Assembly: GCA_011051475.1 (NCBI GenBank)
Contig: DRLE01000267.1
Location: 1 to 32,816 of the forward strand
Origin: Gammaproteobacteria bacterium
Lineage (GTDB): Bacteria; Pseudomonadota; Gammaproteobacteria; SZUA-229
DNA length: 32,816 bases
Reading direction: 5' to 3'
The translations under genes and the position numbers were made by a program. Positions 1 through 10,300 of this stretch are shown here, piece by piece; within the stretch, counting starts at the first letter, position 1; each line of letters opens with the position of its first letter. The notes under the pieces are model-generated. The model saw only the letters and a list, made by a program, of their open reading frames with translations. It did no database searches and was not told the origin of the DNA.

Positions 1-2684
1 GCAATGTCTTCATGACCGCCATCGGCAAAGTCATTGCCGGCATCACCTACCGGGTGCATGCCATGCGGGCCGTCCAGAGTAATGCCCATATCGCCGGTAT
101 GGCAGGTGCTGCATTCACTGATGACGCCGGCATGTCCCTGCAGCTGCATCGAGGCTACATTGTCGTTGGCGTTCGGGTTGGCGTTGGGGAAGATGGCATG
201 CGTGGCGCCGTGGCAGGATTCACACAGTACACCTTCATGGCCGGTACTCACGCGGTACAGCTGTGGATTGCCGGTCGCTGCTACCACCGGTTCGGCAAAG
301 CGCTTGTTGCTCGGCACGATCGGTGTTGCTTTGGCGTCGCCAATGCGCCATGCCTGCATCAGGCGGATGCCGTCATCGGGCTGGGCAATGGTGTCGGCTG
401 CGCCGGCCAGGTTATCCATAGCGTCACCGGTGTGGCAGGCGCCGCAGCCCGGCTCATTGGCCCAGGGTACACGCGGGGTGTTCGGATTGGTGTAGAAGTC
501 ATCCGCCAGCTCGAAGGCGCCGGGATTGTCTTTGCTGACATTGCGTGAGAAGTCGTTACCCACCTGTGCCATATCGCCGTGGCAATCCTGGCAGAGCATG
601 CCGCCACTGGCCATGGCGCCGCGCAGGCAGTTGGTGCGACGCCCCGGGTGACACTGGTAGCAGGTCTGCTGCAGTATGTCATCGGCCGCGAGCGGGTCAC
701 GGAATTTGCCATTGGCATCCACCGGTGGCGGCATGGACGGGAACAGCGGCTTGCCGTCCTGGTCGGTAACCGTGGCGTGGTGACTGTGCATGACATTGGA
801 CATGGACTTGTTGACCACCTGGTCACGGCCGTTGGACGGGTCGCCGGGTGCGGTGTCGTTTTCAGGGCCGCGCGGGCCGACATGGGCCAGGTCAAGCGCC
901 GGGGTGTAATGACAGCTCTGGCAGACCACCGGGGTGGAGCCTTCCAGCATGGTGCCGTGTTTCTGGTCATGCAGGCGCAGGATATTGATATCGGCGGCGT
1001 ACTCCTTGCTGACTTCCAGCGGGATATCACCCAGTTGCGGGTCGTCCAGCGTGGTGGCAACATCTGTCAGATCCTTTGTAGCCGAACCATTACCGCCGTC
1101 GACCGGTGCGCCGTGACAGCCCTTGCAGTTGGCCTCACCGGAGATAGGCGCGACCGTATCGACGGAAGCCAGCAGGGTGCCGCCGGCATCATGTGCCTGC
1201 ACCCGGAACAGCGGGTAGGGGTTTTCACGACCGGCATCATCAAAAGCGGCGACCGGCACACCGGCGGCTTCAAACCAGTTGACCTTCTTCACGGTATAGC
1301 CGAAAGGGAAATTGATAAAGAAGGGCAGGTCGCTGACATACTGGCCGAAATGCTGGCCGTCATTGACGATATACGGGTCGAGTATGCCGGGCATGGACTG
1401 CTGGTCTGCCGCCAGCACGCCGTCACCCAGGTAAAGACGTTCAACATCAGGCATGGGCAGTCCCTGGTCGGCGACCGGTGAGAAGGCATCGAGAATGCCC
1501 GGCGGGTAGAAGGGACGGTAGGCCTTCAGGGCAATGGATTCGTTTGAACCCATGGCCAGGTCCCAGAAGTTGGTTTTATAGACATTGCCCTTGGTCAGGC
1601 TGGACAGCAGAGGCTGCCCCGACGGGCTGGTGCCGCCCAGAATGGGGTCGTTGGGGTTGGCGCTGGCCGTGTATGTCAGCCGGGTACCCGTGGCCTCATC
1701 CAGTATTTTCGGTTCTGCGCCTTTCTGTATTACCTGCGCGTGCAGCACATTGAACGGTGGCAGGATGCTGGAAATACGGGTATCGAAGTCACCGCAGTGC
1801 ATGCCCAGGTCGTTGACTGCGAACACGGAATAATCAATCAGACCGATTGCCGGCATTTCGGGAACCGGGCTGTTTTGCAGCGGCCCGTTCTGGCTGGTTG
1901 AGTTGATCGAGGTGGCAGGTGCGACCGGTGTGTCGCTGACGGTAATGCTGACACTGGCATTGCGGCTGAATTCACCGTCATTGGCGGCGTAGCTGAAACT
2001 GTCGCTGCCGGTGAAGTCCGTATCGGGGGTATACTCAAAGGAGCCGTCCGGGTTCAGCGTCAGGCTGCCGTGGCTGACATCGCTGACCAGGCTGGCGGTC
2101 AGTGGCTGCAGTTTGCCGTCATCCGTATCATTGCCGAGTACGCCGGGCGCGGCAATGCTCAGTGTGGTGTTTTTCACGACACCGTAGGCATTATCATTGG
2201 CGACCGGTGGCTGATTGTTGCCGCCGTTATTGCCATCGTCACAGTCAGCTGGTGCATCCTTTACGTCCATCTCGGCAGACTGGCCGTCTGACTGCTCGGC
2301 GCGAATCCGGCAGGGAACGGACGCCAGGTGCCTGGCCTTGACCTTCCATTTGTCATCATCATCAACCTTGTCGTCACCAATAACACCGCCGGTAGCGGCA
2401 TTGCTGACGGTAACGGTCTCATCTTCCGTACCCTTGCCTTTGACTTCCAGTTTGTTATCTCCCGATTCCCATTTGGCTTCCTTTATCTTGAATGTGGTGG
2501 CGGAGTCTTTTGAATGATCGTCATCACTTTTGTTTTTGCTGGCTGCAATGCCGGGTACGGTAGTGGCAGATGTCGTTCCCGAGTCGCTACAGGCAGTAGC
2601 CGAAAAAATAAGGAAACCGGAAATGGCGGCAAAACCGATAACGCGCAGGCCTTGCCGGCGCAAATGGTCAATATTCGTTTTCAT
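1..2684 (-). CDS. Large multiheme c-type cytochrome lipoprotein with Ig-like domain (3' end outside window)
   Basis: Manual translation of the minus strand is open from ATG 2684 (AGAGGG RBS 6 nt upstream; in-frame alternative ATG 2690) to position 1. It starts MKTNIDHLRRQGLRVIGFAAISGFLIFSATA-C (lipobox-like). An Ig/cadherin-like segment NQPPVANDNAY...GSLTLNPDGSFEYTPDTDFTGSDSFSY lies at ~2216-1935, and NDLGMHC at 1814-1794. Seven CxxCH motifs: CKGCH 1127-1113, CQSCH 923-909, CYQCH 662-648, CQDCH 593-579, CGACH 446-432, CESCH 224-210, CSTCH 113-99. Confidence 0.92.
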   Translation of the reverse strand, partial: MKTNIDHLRRQGLRVIGFAAISGFLIFSATACSDSGTTSATTVPGIAASKNKSDDDHSKDSATTFKIKEAKWESGDNKLEVKGKGTEDETVTVSNAATGGVIGDDKVDDDDKWKVKARHLASVPCRIRAEQSDGQSAEMDVKDAPADCDDGNNGGNNQPPVANDNAYGVVKNTTLSIAAPGVLGNDTDDGKLQPLTASLVSDVSHGSLTLNPDGSFEYTPDTDFTGSDSFSYAANDGEFSRNASVSITVSDTPVAPATSINSTSQNGPLQNSPVPEMPAIGLIDYSVFAVNDLGMHCGDFDTRISSILPPFNVLHAQVIQKGAEPKILDEATGTRLTYTASANPNDPILGGTSPSGQPLLSSLTKGNVYKTNFWDLAMGSNESIALKAYRPFYPPGILDAFSPVADQGLPMPDVERLYLGDGVLAADQQSMPGILDPYIVNDGQHFGQYVSDLPFFINFPFGYTVKKVNWFEAAGVPVAAFDDAGRENPYPLFRVQAHDAGGTLLASVDTVAPISGEANCKGCHGAPVDGGNGSATKDLTDVATTLDDPQLGDIPLEVSKEYAADINILRLHDQKHGTMLEGSTPVVCQSCHYTPALDLAHVGPRGPENDTAPGDPSNGRDQVVNKSMSNVMHSHHATVTDQDGKPLFPSMPPPVDANGKFRDPLAADDILQQTCYQCHPGRRTNCLRGAMASGGMLCQDCHGDMAQVGNDFSRNVSKDNPGAFELADDFYTNPNTPRVPWANEPGCGACHTGDAMDNLAGAADTIAQPDDGIRLMQAWRIGDAKATPIVPSNKRFAEPVVAATGNPQLYRVSTGHEGVLCESCHGATHAIFPNANPNANDNVASMQLQGHAGVISECSTCHTGDMGITLDGPHGMHPVGDAGNDFADGGHEDI

Positions 2685-3102
2685 AATCATCCCTCTTTGG
2701 TGTTGTTCATTTGCAAGCCCCGTAGTAACCACGTGCCGGCGCCAGCGCTTTTTATGCTGATTCATTTAAGATCAATGTATTAGCGGAAATAACCTGTCCA
2801 ACTCCCGGTATTTACAATTCCGCATAACATCAAACACGATAGAAAAGGGCAAAGGGTTCCATAAAAAATAAAAAAATTCGCTTGCTCCCTGAAAAAAAAG
2901 AAAAGGCGCTGTTTTGAGAAAGCAAACAGCTGGAATGACTCGGGTAGACCTGTATTTTCTGCAGGAGCAGTCTGTAATAATACGCCCGTGCAAGGTGCGC
3001 ATAAAATGTCAAAATGTCAGGTTATCGATATGGTTTTTCGCCTGTGCGTTCTGTTTCAGGCCTGCTGGGTGGATTTGCTGGCCGTTCTCTCTGATGGGCT
3101 CT

Positions 3103-3144
3103 TTGATTCAGGTCATACCGCGCTCCGGGCTTTACTGCTAAGCT
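3103..3144 (+). promoter_or_regulatory. Putative FNR/Crp-family class II promoter of the hemerythrin operon
   Basis: TTGAT-TCAG-GTCAT (3103-3116) versus the FNR consensus TTGAT-N4-ATCAA. An extended -10 TGcTAAGCT (3136-3144) is positioned so that the box centre falls at about -41.5. Confidence 0.6.
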
Positions 3145-3203
3145 CCGTTTTCCCGACGGCACGGGTATGTCCGGCCGGCAATCCAGAATAATGAGGTGAA
3201 GGT

Positions 3204-3644
3204 GTGGGTATCAAGAATTTAATGGCGCAGGACCATCGTGATTGCGACCGGCTTTTTTCTGAGGCGGAAAATGCGGCTTCCACGCAGGACTGGGAAAAGG
3301 CCCGGCAGGCTTTTCAACAGTTTGTGCAGGCCATGGATCGTCATCTGGGCATCGAGGAGCAGGTGCTTTTCCCGGCATTTGAGCAGGAGACCGGTATCGT
3401 CACCGGCCCGACCGAGATGATGCGCATGGAGCATGAGCAGATGCGCGCCCTGTTTGACGAAATGGCCGCCGCGCTTGAGCGCGAAGAGGCGGATGATTAC
3501 CTGGGCGAGGCGGAAACCCTGCTGATTCTTATGCAGCAGCATAATATGAAAGAAGAGCAGATTCTCTACAGCATTATGGATCAGCGTCTGGATGCGGATG
3601 TCGACAACTGGCAGCAGAAATTCCAGGAATGGAACAGGGCCTGA
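3204..3644 (+). CDS. Hemerythrin/HHE cation-binding domain protein
   Basis: Paired HHE motifs DHRDCD, HLGIEEQVLFP, EHEQMR, HNMKEEQILY. GTG start with GAGGTG upstream. Confidence 0.9.
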   Translation: MGIKNLMAQDHRDCDRLFSEAENAASTQDWEKARQAFQQFVQAMDRHLGIEEQVLFPAFEQETGIVTGPTEMMRMEHEQMRALFDEMAAALEREEADDYLGEAETLLILMQQHNMKEEQILYSIMDQRLDADVDNWQQKFQEWNRA

Positions 3645-3645
3645 T

Positions 3646-3921
3646 ATGACGGCAGAGGTTTTACTGGATGTCAGTGACCTGGAGCCGCCCGAGCCGCTGG
3701 TGCAGACACTGGAGGCCGCCGAGCAGTTAACACCGGGGCAGTATCTGCGTATGCTGCACCGGCGTGATCCCTGCATGTTGTTCGGCAACCTGGATGAGCG
3801 TGGCTTTAGCTACCAGCAGCGTGAAGGCACCAGCACCGCGGTCGAAGTGTTTATCTGGCGGCAGGGCGATGCCGAGGCCGAGTCACGGGTACGGCAGGTG
3901 TTAAGCGATGGAAGGCCATGA
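3646..3921 (+). CDS. DUF2249 (SirA/TusA-like fold) domain protein
   Basis: ATG 3646 lies 1 nt after the hemerythrin stop. LDVSDLEPPEPL...LHRRDPCMLF matches the DUF2249 pattern (LDVRxLxPPEP...HxREPxPL). Confidence 0.8.
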   Translation: MTAEVLLDVSDLEPPEPLVQTLEAAEQLTPGQYLRMLHRRDPCMLFGNLDERGFSYQQREGTSTAVEVFIWRQGDAEAESRVRQVLSDGRP

Positions 3922-3942
3922 TAGCGGCTATAATAACTGACC

Positions 3943-5247
3943 ATGCACGCTAACCTTTCCCTGCAACAGGCGCCGCCTTTCTCGGTGCCGGCGCGTTTTC
4001 TTGTTAGCGCACCGGTCTTCGGTTTGCTGGCGGCCCTGGTACTGCTCTGGCACGGGCCGGATATTATCAGCTCGCGCTGGAACCCGCCGATGCTGGCCGT
4101 CACCCATCTGCTGACCCTGGGCTTTCTGGCCATGAGCATGCTCGGGGCCATGCTGCAACTGATGCCGGTACTGATGGGCATGGTGATTCCTCGCCCGGTG
4201 CTGTTCAGCAGCATTATTCATACCCCGCTGGTTCTCGGATCGCTGTCACTGGCGGCGGCCTGGCTGCTGCAGTATCGCTGGCTGTTCCTTGTCGCCATGT
4301 TACTGCTGGGCTTTACCTTTGCGGTTTTTGTTATGGTGGCCGCCGAACGCCTGCTGCGCTCCGTCAGCCGTCATATTACCCGCACCATGATGCTGCTGGC
4401 GCTGCTGGCCCTGCTGCTTACCGCCGGTCTGGGTATTTACCTGGCCGCGGGTTATGTCGGCGAAACCTTCGCCGTGGCCCGGCAGTTGACTGACCTGCAT
4501 TTAAGCTGGGGTCTGCTGGGCTGGGTTTTTATGCTGGTGATGGCCGTGGCCTATCAGGTTATTCCCATGTTTCAGATCACCGATGACTACCCGAAATGGC
4601 ATCAGCGCTGGCTGGGCTGGCTGCTGTTCGTCCTGTTACTGGCCCTGAGCCTGACCTGGTTTTATCCGCTGGCAGGTCTGCAGGCCCTGCTGGGCGTACT
4701 GCTGGCGGCCTGCCTGCTGGTTTTCGCGCTCAATACCCTGTGGTTGCTGCACCGGCGCCGGCGAACCCTGCCCGATACCACCATGAAGTTCTGGCAGCTG
4801 GCCATGGCCAGTCTGATCGCGCTGGTGTTCATCCGTGGTATTGCCATGCTTGCAGGCATCGAGCTGCCGGCATTGCTGACAGGCGTGCTGATGATTGCCG
4901 GTTTTGCCATGACCGCCGTGAACGGCATGATGTACAAGATCATTCCGTTTCTGATCTGGCTGCACCTGAGCGCGCGCAACAAGGATCTGCGCGATGCCGG
5001 CCGGCGTGAGCAACAGGTAAAGGTACCGCACATGCGCAAGATTATCCCGGAGAATGCCGGGCTGTGGCAGTTTCGGATACATTTTGCCGCCCTGGTTCTG
5101 CTGGCTCTGGCAACATGCTGGCCGGCATGGTTCTTTTATCCGGCCGTGCTGCTGTTTGCCCTGGCGCAGGGCTTTTTGCTGTATAATCTGCTGAATGCGG
5201 TGCGTTTCTATGGCGCGAAGCGGACGGCATTGCAGGCTGTGCTTTAG
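3943..5247 (+). CDS. Polytopic membrane protein with conserved intramembrane His (family found with hemerythrin/DUF2249 genes)
   Basis: 434 aa with many hydrophobic segments. Motifs THLLTLGF...GAMLQLMPV, HLSWGLLGW...YQVIPMF, GMMYKIIPFLIWLH. Confidence 0.75.
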   Translation: MHANLSLQQAPPFSVPARFLVSAPVFGLLAALVLLWHGPDIISSRWNPPMLAVTHLLTLGFLAMSMLGAMLQLMPVLMGMVIPRPVLFSSIIHTPLVLGSLSLAAAWLLQYRWLFLVAMLLLGFTFAVFVMVAAERLLRSVSRHITRTMMLLALLALLLTAGLGIYLAAGYVGETFAVARQLTDLHLSWGLLGWVFMLVMAVAYQVIPMFQITDDYPKWHQRWLGWLLFVLLLALSLTWFYPLAGLQALLGVLLAACLLVFALNTLWLLHRRRRTLPDTTMKFWQLAMASLIALVFIRGIAMLAGIELPALLTGVLMIAGFAMTAVNGMMYKIIPFLIWLHLSARNKDLRDAGRREQQVKVPHMRKIIPENAGLWQFRIHFAALVLLALATCWPAWFFYPAVLLFALAQGFLLYNLLNAVRFYGAKRTALQAVL

Positions 5248-5271
5248 GCTGTATTTAATTGCACCATTGCC

Positions 5272-5307
5272 TTGCAATTTACTGAAAAATTCCGTATTAT
5301 CCGCGTC
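5272..5307 (+). promoter_or_regulatory. Sigma70 stable-RNA promoter of tRNA-fMet/nusA operon
   Basis: TTGCAA (5272-5277), 17 nt spacer, TATTAT (5295-5300), then a GC-rich discriminator CCGCGTC. Confidence 0.75.
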
Positions 5308-5314
5308 TTGTTGT

Positions 5315-5391
<77 letters not shown>

Positions 5392-5551
5392 GTTTTTTTA
5401 CGGACTTTTGATTTACCTGTCAGAGGCATTTCATAAAGACCGAAGTAGTCAAACTTATGGCTGAAAGCGATAAGAAGGCATGGAACCTATCCGGCCTGAC
5501 TACCATACAAGTTATCCTGGTAGCGTATATGCGGCTAGCCAGGAATTATAC

Positions 5552-5578
5552 AAAGGCTCCGTTTACGGGGCCTTTTTG
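5552..5578 (+). terminator. Intrinsic terminator/attenuator between metY and rimP
   Basis: AAAGGCTCCG-TTTA-CGGGGCCTTT followed by TTG. Confidence 0.7.
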
Positions 5579-5612
5579 TTACTACCGGAAAAAAACCGGA
5601 AGAACGGGCCAG

Positions 5613-6068
5613 ATGAGACGAGATCAGACACATTTATGGGAATTATTCGAGCCGGTGGTTAACGGCATGGGCTACGATCTGATCGAGATCGAGCACTTTC
5701 CCAACCCGAAGCACGGAGTGTTGCGGCTTTATATCGACAAGGAAGGCGGTATTACCATTGATGACTGTTCCGACGTGAGCCGTCAGATCAGTGCCCTGAT
5801 CGATGTTGAGGACCCGGTTCGCGGCCAGTTCAACCTGGAGGTATCATCGCCGGGAATGGATCGGCCCTTGCGCAAGGTAAAGGACTTTCAGCGTTTTTGC
5901 GGGTCAAAGGTAAAGCTGAAAACCGCGATGCCGCTGGACGGCCAGCGTAATTTCAGCGGTCGTCTGCTGGAGGCGGACGAGGAAAAAGTGGTGATTGAAA
6001 CCGATACGGAGGAAATCACCCTGCCCATGGCGGCAATTGAAAAGGCACGCATAGTGCCGGAATTTTAG
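5613..6068 (+). CDS. rimP: Ribosome maturation factor RimP
   Basis: LRLYIDKEGGITIDDCSDVSRQIS...LEVSSPGMDRPL. The likely start is ATG 5613; the longer ORF-track start at 5457 runs through the terminator. Confidence 0.95.
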   Translation: MRRDQTHLWELFEPVVNGMGYDLIEIEHFPNPKHGVLRLYIDKEGGITIDDCSDVSRQISALIDVEDPVRGQFNLEVSSPGMDRPLRKVKDFQRFCGSKVKLKTAMPLDGQRNFSGRLLEADEEKVVIETDTEEITLPMAAIEKARIVPEF

Positions 6069-6147
6069 AACAGACAATTCAGACAGATAACAAGCAGTGA
6101 GCCGGCGGGGCCGGATACAGAATGAAATTTAATGAGGGTTTAACACT

Positions 6148-7689
6148 ATGAGCAAGGAAATTCTCTACGTTGCAGATGCCGTTTCCAATGAAAAAGGCGT
6201 CGATAAAGAGATTATATTCGAGGCGATTGAAGCCGCACTTGCCAGCGCTACACGCAAGAAACACGGTAAGGATATCGAAGTGCGTGTTGATATTGACCGT
6301 GAAACCGGTGACTACGATACCTACCGCCGCTGGCTGGTAATCGACAATGATCAGCCCATGGAAAACCCTCTGGGTGAAATCACCCTGGAAGCCGCGCAGA
6401 TGGAAAACCCCGATATCCAGGTGGGTGACTATATCGAAGAGCAGATCGAATCGGTTGAGTTCGGCCGTATTGCCGCGCAGACCGCCAAGCAGGTTATCGT
6501 TTCCAAGGTACGTGAAGCCGAGCGTGAGCGTGTTGTCGAAGCCTACCAGGGCCGTGAAGGCGAGCTGGTTATGGGTACCGTCAAGCGTGTTGAACGCGGC
6601 AATGTCTACCTCGATCTGGGCAGCGGTGTTGAAGGTTTTATTCCCAAGTCCGATATGATTCCCCGCGAGGCGGTGCGCCCCGGCGACCGCCTGCGCGGTT
6701 ACCTCAAGGAAGTACGCTCGGAAACCCGCGGCCCGCAGCTGTTTATCAGCCGTACCGCGCCGGAGTTCCTGGTCGAACTGTTCAAGCTGGAAGTGCCCGA
6801 AGTCGATCAGGGTTTGCTGGACATTCTCGGCGCTGCCCGCGACCCGGGTTCACGCGCCAAGATTTCGGTGAAGGCTCTGGACAGTCGCATTGACCCCGTT
6901 GGCGCCTGTGTCGGCATGCGCGGTTCGCGTGTGCAGTCGGTTTCCAATGAGATCGGTGGTGAACGTGTTGATATTATTCTCTGGGACGAAGACCCGGCGC
7001 AGTTCGTTATCAACGCCATGTCACCGGCGGAAGTGCTTTCCCTGGTGGTCGATGAAGACAACCACAGCATGAATATTGCGGTTGATGAAGACAAGCTGGC
7101 GATGGCCATTGGCCGTGGCGGCCAGAATATCCGCCTGGCATCCGAGCTGACCGGCTGGGAACTGAATGTAATGACCGAAGAGGAAGCCGAGGCCAAAAAT
7201 GCCGAGGAAAGCGCCAAGTACCTCGATGTCTTTATCAAGAGCCTGGATGTGGATGCCGAAGTGGCCGAGATCCTGGTTTCCGAAGGCTTTACCACCATTG
7301 AAGAAGTGGCCTATGTGCCGGAAGAGGAACTGCTGGCCATCGACGAGTTTGACGAAGATATCGTTACCGAGCTGCGCAACCGCGCCAGTGACTATCTGCT
7401 GACCCAGGCCATTATGATGGAAGAGGTGCTTGAAGAGCACAAGCCGCAGGAAGACCTGCTGGCAATGGAAGGCATGGATACCGAGCTGGCCTACCAGCTG
7501 GCCGCGAAGGGCGTCTGCAGCATGGAAGATCTGGCCGAGCAGTCGGTTGATGAGCTGATGGAAATCGAAGGCATGGACGAAGAGCGTGCCTCCGCGCTGA
7601 TTATGACGGCGCGAGCGCCCTGGTTTGCCGAGGCCGAAGAAGCCGAGAATACAGAAGCCGAGAAGGCGGAAGCTGCGAAGGCAGAATAA
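6148..7689 (+). CDS. nusA: Transcription elongation factor NusA
   Basis: MSKEIL...FGRIAAQTAKQVI, S1/KH domains (DPVGACVGMRGSRVQ) and C-terminal AR repeats. Confidence 0.98.
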   Translation: MSKEILYVADAVSNEKGVDKEIIFEAIEAALASATRKKHGKDIEVRVDIDRETGDYDTYRRWLVIDNDQPMENPLGEITLEAAQMENPDIQVGDYIEEQIESVEFGRIAAQTAKQVIVSKVREAERERVVEAYQGREGELVMGTVKRVERGNVYLDLGSGVEGFIPKSDMIPREAVRPGDRLRGYLKEVRSETRGPQLFISRTAPEFLVELFKLEVPEVDQGLLDILGAARDPGSRAKISVKALDSRIDPVGACVGMRGSRVQSVSNEIGGERVDIILWDEDPAQFVINAMSPAEVLSLVVDEDNHSMNIAVDEDKLAMAIGRGGQNIRLASELTGWELNVMTEEEAEAKNAEESAKYLDVFIKSLDVDAEVAEILVSEGFTTIEEVAYVPEEELLAIDEFDEDIVTELRNRASDYLLTQAIMMEEVLEEHKPQEDLLAMEGMDTELAYQLAAKGVCSMEDLAEQSVDELMEIEGMDEERASALIMTARAPWFAEAEEAENTEAEKAEAAKAE

Positions 7690-7762
7690 GCCTTCTCCGC
7701 ACAGAATGAAAAGGCCTGCCTGGCAGGCCGCAATATGAAACAAACACGACTGAGAATAATTA

Positions 7763-10276
7763 ATGGCTGAAGTAACAGTAAAACAACTTGCAAGTGTTGT
7801 CGGCGCGCCGGTCGAACGTTTACTTGAACAGATACAGGACGCGGGTCTGACCGATATCACGTCACCGGATTCACTCCTGTCTGACAAGGATAAACTGCAC
7901 CTGCTGAGCTATCTGCGTGGACAGCACGGTAAGGGCGGCGCAGAAACAACGACGGCCAAACCGCTGAAGGTTGCCCCCAAGCGCAAGAGCGAAATCAAGG
8001 TCGGTGGCAGCAAGACGGTTGAGGTGCGTCGCAAGCGCACCATTACGCGTCCCCCGGTAACCGAAACGGTTGCGGCTGAAACACCCGCGGGTGAAGAGGT
8101 CAAGCCGAAAGAACTGACCGAGCTGGAAAAGCTGCGTGAAGAACAGAAGCGTCGCGAGGAAGAGCGTGAACGCGAGCGCAAGCTGAAAGAAGAGCGTGCC
8201 CGTGCGCGCGAGCTCGAACAGCAGGAAGAGGAGAAGCGTCGTGCCGAAGCCAGGGCCAGTGCCGAGAAAGCGGCCAGTGCTGACAAGGCCAAAGCAGAGG
8301 TGGCAACACCGGATGTGCTCCAGGCCACCGAGGTTCGCAGCCAGAAAACCCAGTCGAAGAAGCACAAGGACCACAAGGACAAGGATACCCTGTACGGTCG
8401 CAAGGAGCTGCATGTATCCAGCGACCAGAGCGGCCGACGCAAGAAACGCAAGGGCAAGCAGGCCCGTGTTGCGTCTTCTGTCGACACCAAACACGGTTTC
8501 GAGAAACCGGTTGCCGCCATCGTGCGCGATGTTACCGTGCCCGAAACCATTACCGTCGACGAGCTGGCAAAACGCATGTCGATGAAAGCCGGCGAGCTGA
8601 TCAAGGCACTGATGAAGATGGGCGTTATGGCCACCATCAACCAGGTGATTGATCAGGATACCGCGGTGCTGGTGGTCGAAGAGCTGGGGCATAACCCGAT
8701 CGTGGTCAATGAGGATGATTTTGAAAAATCGCTGCTGGCGCGTGATACTTCCGGCCTGGAAGAAAAGCCGCGGCCACCGGTGGTTACCATTATGGGCCAT
8801 GTCGACCATGGCAAGACCTCGCTGCTCGATTACATCCGCAAGTCCAAGGTGGCGGCCGGCGAAGCCGGCGGTATTACCCAGCACATCGGTGCCTACCATG
8901 TGGAAACCGACAAGGGCGTGATCACCTTCCTCGACACACCGGGCCATGCCGCCTTTACCAGCATGCGTGAGCGTGGCGCCAATGCTACCGATATCGCGAT
9001 TATTGTTGTGGCCGCCGACGACGGTGTCATGCCGCAGACCATTGAAGCCGTGCAGCATGCCAAGGCTGCCGAGGTGCCGATTATTATTGCGGTCAACAAG
9101 ATCGACAAGGAAGGCGCCGATCCCGATCGCGTGAAAAACGAGCTGGGTAATTACGAGATTATTCCGGAAGAGTGGGGCGGCGAGAATATTTTCGTCAATG
9201 TTTCCGCGCTGACCGGCCAGGGCATTGACGAACTGCTCGACGCCATTTCCCTGCAGGCCGAACTGATGGAGCTGAAAGCGCCGGTTGACGGTCTGGCCAA
9301 GGGTGTTGTGCTGGAGGCCTCGCTGGACAAGGGCCGTGGTGTTGTCACCACCGTGCTGGTACAGGAAGGCACACTGAAAAAAGGCGACATTATGCTGGCC
9401 GGTGAAGACTTCGGTCGTGTGCGCGCCATGTTCGACGAATTCGGCCACAGTATAGAAAGTGTTGGCCCATCCATGCCGGCAGCGGTTATTGGTCTGTCCA
9501 GCACACCGAATGCCGGTGATGAAATGCAGGTGCTGGCCGATGAGCGCACCGCACGTGAAGTTGCCCGCAACCGTCAGGAAAAAGCCCGCCAGGCACGCCT
9601 GGCCGCGCAGCAGGCGAACAAGCTCGAATCCATGTTCGACCAGATGCAGTCCGGTGAAGTGAAGAAGCTGAACATCCTGCTCAAGGCCGATGTGCAGGGT
9701 ACCCTGCATGCAATTTCCGACGCGCTGCTGAAACTGGCCGAAGACAATGACCAGGTTGATGTGCGCATCGTCGGCTCCGGCGTTGGCGGTATCAATGAAA
9801 CCGATATCAGTCTGGCGGCAGCATCCGATGCCATCGTTATCGGCTTTAATGTGCGAGCTGACGCAGCGGCGCGTCGCGCTGCCGCCGAGCGTGGCGTCGA
9901 GCTGAACTACTACAGCGTTATCTATGAACTGATCGACGAAGTCACCAAGGCCCTCACCGGTATGCTCAAGGCGGAATACCGCGAGCAGATTATCGGCATG
10001 GCCACGGTACAGGAAGTCTTCAAGTCACCCGAATACGGCCAGATTGCCGGCTGTCTGGTGACCGAGGGCGTGGTGCGCAAGGACGCACCGATCCGCGTAC
10101 TGCGTGACAATGTCGTGGTGTTTGAAGGCGAGCTGGAATCGCTGCGTCGCTTCAAGGACAATGTCAACGAGGTGACCTCCGGTACCGAGTGTGGCATTGG
10201 CGTGAAGAACTACGACGTGAAAGTGGGCGATCAGATCGAGGTCTTCGAGCGCGTCGAGCTGGAACGTAAACTGTAA
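7763..10276 (+). CDS. infB: Translation initiation factor IF-2
   Basis: GTPase motifs [22 protein letters not shown]-terminus [11 protein letters not shown]...ECGI. Confidence 0.98.
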   Translation: MAEVTVKQLASVVGAPVERLLEQIQDAGLTDITSPDSLLSDKDKLHLLSYLRGQHGKGGAETTTAKPLKVAPKRKSEIKVGGSKTVEVRRKRTITRPPVTETVAAETPAGEEVKPKELTELEKLREEQKRREEERERERKLKEERARARELEQQEEEKRRAEARASAEKAASADKAKAEVATPDVLQATEVRSQKTQSKKHKDHKDKDTLYGRKELHVSSDQSGRRKKRKGKQARVASSVDTKHGFEKPVAAIVRDVTVPETITVDELAKRMSMKAGELIKALMKMGVMATINQVIDQDTAVLVVEELGHNPIVVNEDDFEKSLLARDTSGLEEKPRPPVVTIMGHVDHGKTSLLDYIRKSKVAAGEAGGITQHIGAYHVETDKGVITFLDTPGHAAFTSMRERGANATDIAIIVVAADDGVMPQTIEAVQHAKAAEVPIIIAVNKIDKEGADPDRVKNELGNYEIIPEEWGGENIFVNVSALTGQGIDELLDAISLQAELMELKAPVDGLAKGVVLEASLDKGRGVVTTVLVQEGTLKKGDIMLAGEDFGRVRAMFDEFGHSIESVGPSMPAAVIGLSSTPNAGDEMQVLADERTAREVARNRQEKARQARLAAQQANKLESMFDQMQSGEVKKLNILLKADVQGTLHAISDALLKLAEDNDQVDVRIVGSGVGGINETDISLAAASDAIVIGFNVRADAAARRAAAERGVELNYYSVIYELIDEVTKALTGMLKAEYREQIIGMATVQEVFKSPEYGQIAGCLVTEGVVRKDAPIRVLRDNVVVFEGELESLRRFKDNVNEVTSGTECGIGVKNYDVKVGDQIEVFERVELERKL

Positions 10277-10300
10277 TCATTCAGACAAGCTTTACTGTCA

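Noticed and set aside
2757-2775. Possible second FNR box upstream of the cytochrome
   Set aside because: Only the ATCAA half-site is good; the other half is poor at N4 spacing.
12-2783. Plus-strand ORFs 12-548, 579-1481 and others, and the short minus-strand ORF 359-1063
   Set aside because: They are shadows of the multiheme cytochrome frame and show no recognisable motifs.
5445-5503. Hammerhead ribozyme reading of the three-way junction
   Set aside because: The CUGANGA and GAAA core elements are not at junction positions.
7871-9709. 612-aa minus-strand ORF (likewise 7021-7887, 12331-13488, 25903-26766, 31297-32577)
   Set aside because: These are antisense shadows of the conserved genes infB, nusA, pnp, acs and the RND transporter, as expected from codon bias in GC-rich genes.
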